Origin: Candidatus Falkowbacteria bacterium
GTDB taxonomy: Bacteria; Patescibacteriota; Patescibacteriia; Patescibacteriales; UBA12465
Assembly (NCBI GenBank): GCA_037137655.1
Contig: JBAXJX010000002.1
Location: 37,730 to 101,729, forward strand
Length of the DNA stretch: 64,000 nucleotides
Reading direction: 5' to 3'
Numbering within the stretch: the stretch's first letter is position 1; the number at the start of each line of letters is the position of its first letter. This document shows, piece after piece, positions 28,570-34,965 of this stretch. The position numbers and the translations under genes are program-made. Under the pieces are notes generated by a model. The model was not told where the DNA came from and ran no database searches. It was given only the letters and a program-made list of their open reading frames with translations.

Positions 28570-29856
28570 TTAAGCAATATTCCACTCACGCAATTTTTTG
28601 ATCACTTTTTGATTCGCTAAAATATTAGCTAAGTAATGACGGTAACCGTGTTCTTGAACCATGGCTTGAATTTTTTCATCGCCATGATATTGATGTTTTA
28701 ATTCTTCAATCTTAGCTTCAATGTCTTCTGGGGTAATTACTAATTTTTCCACTTCCGCAATTTCCCGTAATAACAATGAACCTTTCACGCGTTTAATCGC
28801 TTGAGGTAAAAAGTCCATCACTAATTGTTCACGAGTTTTTTTAATGCTGGATAAATAATCTTCAAATTTACCACCTTGTTGTTCTAAATTTTGTTTTAAC
28901 TCACTCATCATTAATTCACTTTCATTTTGAATTAACATTTCTGGTAAGTCACCAAAAGTAGAGTTTGCCAAAATTTTATCCAACATTTTAATTTCAGATT
29001 TTTGTTCCATTTTTTCTTGTTCTTGTTTTACCAAAGTATCACGCATGAACTTTTCCATATCACCCATATCTTTAAAACCAAATTCTTTCGCAATTGTATC
29101 ATCTAACACGGGAATTTCACGGCTATAAACTTCTTTCACTTTTACCTTAAAATCCACCATTTTACCGGCTAACATGGCATGATGATGTTCGGCTGGATAA
29201 GGTAAGGCAAAAACTAATTCCGCATCTTTTTTGGCGCCAATAATGTGTTTATCAAAGCCTGGAACTAAATAATCTTTGCCGAGTAAAATTGTCGCTTCTG
29301 GAATTTGACCATTTTCTACTGGCACGCCATCCAAAAACATTTCAATACTTAAAATCGCTTTATCACCATCTTTAGCGGCCTCGGCGGAAATAGTTTCTTT
29401 GGCACGCATTTCAGAAATAGAGTCCATGCCTTTTTTCATTTCCTTTTCATCGATTACTACCTCATCTTGTTTAATACCTAAATTTTTATATTCGCCCAAA
29501 GTCATGGTTGGTAAAAATGTTAAATGCATTTTAAATTCCATTGGATTATTTGGGGCTAATTTGGAAACTTCAATAGTTGGTTGACCAATAACATGACGAT
29601 CGGAAATATCTTCTTCAATAATTTTATCAATCAATTTGTGAATAGCAATATGAGCCGCTTCTTCTAGAATTGCCATCTCACCGACATTTTGTTTTAAAAT
29701 ATCCATTGGTACATGGCCGGGACGAAAGCCTTCAATCTTTACAGTTTCAGAAACTTTTTTGGCAGCTTTTTCAATATAGGGCGCCATTTCTTCCACGCTA
29801 AGTTCAACTACAACTTCAGCCTCGGAATTTTTTAAATCTTTACGGTCAATTTTCAT
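28570..29856 (-). CDS. tig: Trigger factor
   Basis: N-terminal ribosome-binding motif GFRPGHVP, a central PPIase-like region and a C-terminal helical domain. Confidence 0.92.
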   Translation of the reverse strand: MKIDRKDLKNSEAEVVVELSVEEMAPYIEKAAKKVSETVKIEGFRPGHVPMDILKQNVGEMAILEEAAHIAIHKLIDKIIEEDISDRHVIGQPTIEVSKLAPNNPMEFKMHLTFLPTMTLGEYKNLGIKQDEVVIDEKEMKKGMDSISEMRAKETISAEAAKDGDKAILSIEMFLDGVPVENGQIPEATILLGKDYLVPGFDKHIIGAKKDAELVFALPYPAEHHHAMLAGKMVDFKVKVKEVYSREIPVLDDTIAKEFGFKDMGDMEKFMRDTLVKQEQEKMEQKSEIKMLDKILANSTFGDLPEMLIQNESELMMSELKQNLEQQGGKFEDYLSSIKKTREQLVMDFLPQAIKRVKGSLLLREIAEVEKLVITPEDIEAKIEELKHQYHGDEKIQAMVQEHGYRHYLANILANQKVIKKLREWNIA

Positions 29857-29932
29857 AAGTTTATTTTTAGATTGTTATAAATTTAATTACTCATTCATTC
29901 TAACATTATAAGGCAAAAAATCAAATGTTAAT

Positions 29933-29958
29933 AAAAAAGCCCTATCAATGATAAGGCT
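29933..29958 (-). terminator. Intrinsic terminator of receiver-like gene A
   Basis: On the minus strand, AGCCTTA-tcattga-TAGGGCT followed by TTTTTT. Confidence 0.65.
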
Positions 29959-29979
29959 TTGGAGGGTGGTAATACTTTT

Positions 29980-30402
29980 TTAAGCATTAACAGAGGTTTC
30001 TTGTAACTGCTGGTATTTTTTAAATTCCAAGGTTTCAGCGAGATATCTACAGGCCTCAATACGATTGTAAACCAAAGAACATCCAGCTAAACGTAAGCTT
30101 TCACTATAATTAGAACATTCGGATATTCCAATTATTTTTTCAGGTTCAGAATGAGCAAAACGGGCAATTGATACAAATTTAAGGATTTCCGCAACATTAC
30201 TTTCAGTGGATATTGCACAAAAAATTAAATCGATACCTTCATCGTATTGTAAAATACGATGAACTCTTTCTGTGTCAGTACTGGTAGCGCTAATAATGCT
30301 TATTCTTTCATCAGCTAATGCTCCCTCGAACACCGCTTCGATAATTTTCTTGACAATGAGGTTCTCGTCCTCAATAATCAAAATTTTTAATTTTTTTCCC
30401 AT
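29980..30402 (-). CDS. Stand-alone receiver (REC)-fold protein lacking the phospho-acceptor Asp (pseudo-receiver), paralog A
   Basis: KILIIEDE (beta1) and KIIGIS (beta4) resemble CheY. Hand alignment puts Ala/Cys (DLIFCAIS) at the D57 position and Asn (LVYNR) at K109. About 45 percent identical to the 34421-34834 product. Confidence 0.7.
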   Translation of the reverse strand: MGKKLKILIIEDENLIVKKIIEAVFEGALADERISIISATSTDTERVHRILQYDEGIDLIFCAISTESNVAEILKFVSIARFAHSEPEKIIGISECSNYSESLRLAGCSLVYNRIEACRYLAETLEFKKYQQLQETSVNA

Positions 30403-30445
30403 AATTTATTCAGCTTTAAAGGTACATATTATTTTCTCTTTTTAA

Positions 30446-30474
30446 ATTATACCATATTTTGGAGATTGTGTCAT
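30446..30474 (-). promoter_or_regulatory. Promoter of receiver-like gene A
   Basis: On the minus strand, ATGACA, 17-nt spacer ending in TGG, TATAAT. The 5' UTR contains ATATGTACCTTTAAA, also present upstream of paralog B. Confidence 0.6.
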
Positions 30475-30505
30475 TAATAAAAATCTTTTATAAAAAATGT
30501 TTTCT

Positions 30506-30514
30506 TGCTATACT
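30506..30514 (+). promoter_or_regulatory. Extended -10 promoter giving a leaderless TrmB-family mRNA
   Basis: TGCTATACT ends 6 nt before the ATG at 30521. Confidence 0.5.
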
Positions 30515-30520
30515 ATCAAT

Positions 30521-31273
30521 ATGATAAAAAACTTTCTCCAAAATGTCGGTCTAAACGATAAAGAAATAAAAGTATATTTAGAATTATTACGAGTGGAAAA
30601 CGACTCTGTTTTAGATTTGTCCAAAAAGACCAAAATCTTACGTACTTCTATTTATCCAATTTTAGATTCCCTAAAAAGTAAGGGCTTAATTGTTGAAGTG
30701 AAAGTTGGGGCTAAAATTCGTTTTCAAGCTGAAGCGCCGGAAAAAATTGAAACTTACATTGAAACTCAAAAAATAAAGCTAGATGAACAAGCTCAATTAG
30801 CCAACGAATATATTCCTCAATTAAAAAGCATGTCCCGCCAAACCGGCGAAAAACCGATCGTTAAAGTGTATGAAGGGCGAGAGGGAATATTCAAAGCCAA
30901 TGAAGAGTCTTTTGGTTATGGAAATATATCGGATGATGACACTGCCTACTACATTTACCCGTTTGATCTATTAGAAAATCTTTTCTCAAATGAAGAATTG
31001 AAAAAAGGCACTAAGCAAAGAACTGCTAGAAAAATAAAATCAGAAACTTTATACACATATTCTAAAGGGGAAAGGACTCCAAGTGAAAATTCTAAAAGAA
31101 TAAAGATTAATGAAAAAAAATATCCCCTCACTTGTGACATCAGCATTCATAAAGATAAAGTTAGAATTAACACCTTAGGAAAATCATTATCATCACTAGT
31201 AATAAAAAGTCAGGATATCGCCGACACTCTAAAATCTCTCTTCAAAATAGCTTTCGACAATTATAAAGATTAA
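30521..31273 (+). CDS. TrmB-family winged-helix transcriptional regulator (paralog 1)
   Basis: N-terminal HTH LGLNDKEIKVYLELLR..LSKKTKILRTSIYPILDSLKSKGLI. The ATG at 30521 (MIKNF) fits the promoter better than the track start at 30497. Confidence 0.8.
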   Translation: MIKNFLQNVGLNDKEIKVYLELLRVENDSVLDLSKKTKILRTSIYPILDSLKSKGLIVEVKVGAKIRFQAEAPEKIETYIETQKIKLDEQAQLANEYIPQLKSMSRQTGEKPIVKVYEGREGIFKANEESFGYGNISDDDTAYYIYPFDLLENLFSNEELKKGTKQRTARKIKSETLYTYSKGERTPSENSKRIKINEKKYPLTCDISIHKDKVRINTLGKSLSSLVIKSQDIADTLKSLFKIAFDNYKD

Positions 31274-31274
31274 A

Positions 31275-31600
31275 AAATAAGGGACTGTATTGCTACAGTC
31301 CCAGTTTTGATTTTTTGAGGCAACACATGAGGCCTCGTCTACAAAATGACATAAAAAACAATTTTTTTTGTTTTTTACCGTCTGATCACTTTTGTGATCT
31401 TTCATTTTTGTTAATCACCCATTACTTTAAAATTTAAGGGTTGAACAACTACTTAGATATTTATTGTCAATTAATATTAACTAAAAATCTCGATCATGAA
31501 CTAATATTTTTAAATTCACGGAGGGGTATCCTTGATACCCCGACCGTAAAATATATTAGTCGTTCATGGCTAAAACTTTATGGTTAAATACTAAGTTAAC
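31275..31600 (-). ncRNA. Candidate ORF-free minus-strand transcript convergent with the TrmB gene
   Basis: Runs from the consensus promoter at 31608-31636 to the shared terminator at 31281-31316. Contains a GC-rich interrupted 12-bp hairpin (31518-31547) and a GATCAC-tttt-GTGATC hairpin. Only short ORFs are present. Confidence 0.35.
31281..31316. terminator. Bidirectional terminator after the TrmB gene
   Basis: GGGACTGTA-ttgc-TACAGTCCC with T-runs on both strands. Confidence 0.75.
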
Positions 31601-31607
31601 AAAAAGT

Positions 31608-31636
31608 ATTGTATCACACAAAACAATAAGTGTCAA
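31608..31636 (-). promoter_or_regulatory. Near-consensus promoter with no downstream ORF
   Basis: On the minus strand, TTGACA, 17-nt spacer ending in TGA, TACAAT. Confidence 0.6.
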
Positions 31637-31747
31637 TAGTTAATAAAAAAATGTCAAAAATAAATATCATTTTTTTAACAATATAAAAAATTAATCCTGT
31701 GGATAAGTCAGAATATAGTCAATAATTTAAAACATTTAATTGAACAA

Positions 31748-31775
31748 AAAGCCTAAATAATTTGGGCTTTTTTTA
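31748..31775 (+). terminator. Hairpin plus T-run in the non-coding gap (usable on either strand)
   Basis: AAAGCCT-loop-GGGCTTT followed by TTTTTT. The complementary strand also ends in TTTTGTT. Confidence 0.5.
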
Positions 31776-31803
31776 ATATTTTAATAAAAACTGACAAAAG
31801 GTA

Positions 31804-31832
31804 TTGACATTTATGTTTTTGCATGCTATTGT
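31804..31832 (+). promoter_or_regulatory. Promoter of the island's rightward transcription unit
   Basis: TTGACA (31804-31809), 17-nt spacer ending in TGC, TATTGT (31827-31832). Confidence 0.6.
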
Positions 31833-31838
31833 TTGTTT

Positions 31839-32184
31839 ACAATTCATTAAAAACATGGTCCATTAATTTTCTGATTTATGTTTATAAGCTACTGAGCTTT
31901 AAATAGCCAGAAGCGCAAAACACATTTTTTATAATCACGCTTGTCTTTATGCCTTATCGGCATAAACCAGAAAATTTTTGGACACCGGTTTATAGATCCC
32001 ACGTAAAGGCGTGGAAAACTGATAAAAGTCAGTCCGGGATATACGATATGAATTACAGAAAACTTACCGCCGCCGACCAACTGTTACTAGCTAACGGTTT
32101 CAACCTTAATGGAAGTCCAAAAGGTGAAAAGTCACAAAGCTTACGAGCTGTGATTAATACTCCAATGGGAAACCGGAGGTAAAG
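31839..32184 (+). ncRNA. Candidate structured leader or ncRNA (unique 5' segment of the island transcript)
   Basis: GC-enriched compared with its surroundings. Perfect 8-bp hairpin TTTATGCC/GGCATAAA (31946-31966), whose 3' arm can alternatively pair with GGTTTAT (31987-31993). Further hairpins CCACG/CGTGG and CTGA/TCAG. Overlapping ORFs on both strands (77 and 63 aa) make coding doubtful. Confidence 0.35.
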
Positions 32185-32565
32185 AATGTAGGCCACCGTT
32201 CCGGTTAAAACGGCCTAGCGATTTTTGGCGAAACCAATTTCTACGCTAGTTCTCTGTCTTTCTTTTGATTAATTCTCATTATGGGGCCAGCAGCCACATA
32301 ATGAGATTATCAAAATCGAGGCTTTTCCCATGTGCACGTGGGTAATTAGATTTGTATGTTTTACTATTACTCGAGGATAAAACAAGCCTTAAGTGATCAC
32401 AAAGATACAAAATCTGGGGAAACAATTTTTACTGGCCCGATCAACCGTAAAAAAGAAATTGGCAAAAAAACGGGCAATCGCATTAATTTTTCCAAAGTGA
32501 AAATTTAGTGTCGATTGCCCTCATTATTCAATTCATAATTTTTAAATTGTGAATTGATAGTGAGA
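32185..32565 (+). repeat. Copy A of a ~380-nt non-coding element (candidate structured RNA)
   Basis: Aligns end to end with 32806-33190. The differences are compensatory in at least four helices. No ORF of 60 codons or more on either strand. Confidence 0.6.
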
Positions 32566-32596
32566 AATAGTTCTTTAAACTTAAAAAAATATAACC

Positions 32597-32791
32597 ATGG
32601 AAACGATCATTTTTATTATGGCGATTATAATAATTATTGAAACTACAATTATTATAAACTGGAAACTAAAGAAAAAAATGTCAAAAACACAAAAATCACG
32701 AAACGAGGAGTTTTTTCAAAGTATAAAAGAAACTAACCAATATCTTAAAAGGCTCGAAGAAGAACTACCAGATTTAAATAATCGCAAATAA
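32597..32791 (+). CDS. Small membrane protein candidate (64 aa): one hydrophobic helix plus a charged tail
   Basis: ATG start. N-terminus IIFIMAIIIIIETTIII followed by a K/E-rich segment. It lies exactly between the two element copies and has the shared ATAGTT leader motif 30 nt upstream. Confidence 0.45.
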   Translation: METIIFIMAIIIIIETTIIINWKLKKKMSKTQKSRNEEFFQSIKETNQYLKRLEEELPDLNNRK

Positions 32792-32805
32792 ATAAAATAT
32801 TTAAA

Positions 32806-33190
32806 ATTATAGGTCGCCGTTCCGGGTAAAACGGTCTAGCTATTTGGCGCAACCAATTTCTTAGCTAGTTCTCTGTCTTTATTTTGATGGTGTCACATTA
32901 TGGAGCCAAAGGATACATAGATGTTGATAATTAAAATTAAGGCTATTACTCATGTGCACGTGAGCAATTAGATGATTTTTTTACTCTTGCAAGAGGATGA
33001 TCCAGTTGGACGAACCTTAAGTAATTGTAAAATCTATCTTCTGGAGAAAAAATTTTATTGGTCTGATCAGCCGTAAAAAAGAAATTGGCAAAAAAACGGG
33101 CAAGCACATTATTTTTTCCAAAGTGAAAATTTAGTGTGGCTTGCCCTCATTATTCAATTCATAATTTTCAATTGTGAATTGATAGTGAAA
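32806..33190 (+). repeat. Copy B of the ~380-nt non-coding element
   Basis: See copy A. It starts about 15 nt after the stop of the 64-aa ORF and ends about 40 nt before the next ATG. Confidence 0.6.
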
Positions 33191-33230
33191 AAATGTTATT
33201 TAAAAATTTAAACTTCAAAATCATACTGAC

Positions 33231-33959
33231 ATGGAAAGACATCTGATCAACACCGAACTAGTTTTAGATTTAATCAACGCTTTTTCTAAAGCTTTAATTA
33301 AAAATAAACGCAGCCGAAAAAACGCGGAGATACTAATTTACTACCACACAGAGAAAATTAATTACACTATCGCGAACCTACTAAACCGTCCTGGTAAAGC
33401 TTATAATTTTTATGAAAATAAATTATTTGCCAGACGAGCAGGAAGTGATTATTTTAATCTCGAGTATGTTAACAACATTCCTTTAGAAGAAATCATGACC
33501 AGCGAACAAGTGGTTGAGATTATAAATCTATTCACCAATGTTTTTAAAACTAACTTTTTCAACAAAGCGGTGGCCGAAGCATTATTATCAGATCTAGAGG
33601 CAATTAATGAGGCGGTTGATGGTCTATTTGAGATGGATCCGGCCTTCAATTTATTTGAATACATGATGTTTACTAGAAACCTACCACTTAATGATTTCAA
33701 AGAATACCCACTTAGTGGCGGCAAGATTATTATTTGCACCAACCATAAACTATGCGAATCTTATGGCGTTAAAATTGGCAGTAAAGTTCAAATTAATTCA
33801 ATGACTAATACTAGAGATGTAATTATTGGCGTTGCCCCAAGTCCGCATTCTAATAACAATGAAATAGTTATCTGGCTTAAAAATGATTCCAACGAAATTA
33901 ACAGAGTTGGTTATTTAACATTAAGCGGATTACAACCCCTCGTTATTATCAATGAATAA
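33231..33959 (+). CDS. Hypothetical protein (242 aa): two similar helical modules plus a beta-rich C-terminus
   Basis: ATG start. Internal repeat (ELVLDLINAFSKALIKN.. and EQVVEIINLFTNVFKTN..). No recognisable domain. Confidence 0.65.
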   Translation: MERHLINTELVLDLINAFSKALIKNKRSRKNAEILIYYHTEKINYTIANLLNRPGKAYNFYENKLFARRAGSDYFNLEYVNNIPLEEIMTSEQVVEIINLFTNVFKTNFFNKAVAEALLSDLEAINEAVDGLFEMDPAFNLFEYMMFTRNLPLNDFKEYPLSGGKIIICTNHKLCESYGVKIGSKVQINSMTNTRDVIIGVAPSPHSNNNEIVIWLKNDSNEINRVGYLTLSGLQPLVIINE

Positions 33960-33999
33960 TATGTAAAAATAGTTTCTTAACCTTTAAAATTATACCGTT

Positions 34000-34365
34000 A
34001 TGATAACCGGAGAAATTACCAACAGAGAATTAATTCATGCAGAATTAATTTTAAACGAGAAAAACAAATGTTCTATCACTGTCGTGCCGAGCATTTATTT
34101 TGAAGATAAAAAAAATGGCGCTGTCGAAGAAGACAGGCACCCCCGATGCGAAGTTTTTGGCGGAGTTGGTCCAAGTCATATTTTCAGAATATTTTGCCTG
34201 CCGAGTATTAGGGCTAAAATAGTTTTAGAAGATTTGGCCATTGCAATAAACGAGTTGCCAAACAATGAAGTTTTATATTTCATTATTGACAAGAATATGA
34301 TGGACGAAGAGTTGAAAAAACTTTTAAACGACGATGAGCGAAAATTCATAATCGTGGTAAGGTAA
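34000..34365 (+). CDS. Hypothetical protein (121 aa)
   Basis: ATG start, ATAGTT leader motif 31 nt upstream, terminator immediately downstream. Confidence 0.6.
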   Translation: MITGEITNRELIHAELILNEKNKCSITVVPSIYFEDKKNGAVEEDRHPRCEVFGGVGPSHIFRIFCLPSIRAKIVLEDLAIAINELPNNEVLYFIIDKNMMDEELKKLLNDDERKFIIVVR

Positions 34366-34402
34366 AAAATAAAGCCCCATTCTTTTGAAAGGGGCTTTTT
34401 AA
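34365..34402. terminator. Bidirectional terminator closing the island operon and receiver-like gene B
   Basis: AAAGCCCC-loop-GGGGCTTT flanked by A and T runs, between convergent genes. Confidence 0.7.
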
Positions 34403-34420
34403 TTTTTGTTTAAAGATTGC

Positions 34421-34834
34421 TTAGCAACAAACTGCTTCTAGCTTTTCTTCTTTTTGAAAGTCTAATGTTTCTTTTAAGTATCGGCAAGCGTTCATTTGAT
34501 TGTAAACATTTGTACAACCAGCCAACATTAAACTTTTAATATTATCAGCGTAATTTGCAATTCCAATTATTTTTTCTGGTTCTGGGTGAGCAAAACGAGC
34601 AATTGATACAAATCTAACAGTGTCTTTAATATTGTTCTTACTAGAAACAGCAATAAAGATTAAATTAACATTTTGTTCGTATTGCAAAGCGCGGTGAACT
34701 TTTTGACTGTCACTACTAGGAACACTAACAATTTTTATTTTTTTATCCGCAATTGCACTTTCAAACATTGTGGCAATAATTTGACTGACAAGAAGACTAT
34801 CATCTTCAATGATTAAAACTTTTAAACTGTTCAT
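34421..34834 (-). CDS. Stand-alone pseudo-receiver protein, paralog B
   Basis: VLIIEDD, NLIFIAVSS (Ala at the D57 position), KIIGIA, NVYNQ (Asn at K109). Paralog of 29980-30402. Confidence 0.7.
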   Translation of the reverse strand: MNSLKVLIIEDDSLLVSQIIATMFESAIADKKIKIVSVPSSDSQKVHRALQYEQNVNLIFIAVSSKNNIKDTVRFVSIARFAHPEPEKIIGIANYADNIKSLMLAGCTNVYNQMNACRYLKETLDFQKEEKLEAVCC

Positions 34835-34880
34835 GGCTATATAATTTTAAGGTACATATATTCAAATTAACTATGAATAG

Positions 34881-34909
34881 ATTATATCATAAAAATAGTA
34901 TTTTGTCAA
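34881..34909 (-). promoter_or_regulatory. Consensus promoter of receiver-like gene B
   Basis: On the minus strand, TTGACA, 17-nt spacer ending in TGA, TATAAT. The 5' UTR contains ATATGTACCTTAAA. Confidence 0.65.
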
Positions 34910-34914
34910 TACAA

Positions 34915-34945
34915 TAACAAAAGAGCCCCGAATTGAGGCTCTTTT
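34915..34945 (-). terminator. Intrinsic terminator of hppA
   Basis: AGAGCC-loop-GGCTCT just downstream of the hppA stop, with a short T-run on the minus strand. Confidence 0.55.
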
Positions 34946-34965
34946 TATTTTTGCGAAACTTAAAA

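Noticed and set aside
31229-31405. 58-codon minus-strand ORF with a CxxC..C..C pattern (MKDHKSDQTVKNKKNCFLCHF...) inside the ORF-free unit
   Set aside because: It reads straight through the strong bidirectional terminator hairpin and 45 nt into the antisense of the TrmB gene, and it has no SD. It is more likely fortuitous, though a small zinc-ribbon protein cannot be formally excluded.
32015-32070. RNase P RNA-like strings (AAAAGTCAGTCCGGG, ACAGAAAAC, GGTGAAAAG) in the island leader
   Set aside because: The match to the P4/CR-I consensus GAGGAAAGTCCGGGC is interrupted. The ACAGAA-like and GGTGAAA-like blocks are in the wrong order. The location, an accessory island that is duplicated in part, does not fit an essential single-copy RNase P RNA.
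32185-33190. Whether the two 380-nt copies are DGR template/variable repeats, a CRISPR array, MITE/IS ends or integron attC sites
   Set aside because: No reverse transcriptase, cas, transposase or integrase gene is present. The differences are not adenine-specific. There are only two long copies rather than short repeats with regular spacers. No terminal inverted repeats are present. The length is far above that of attC sites.
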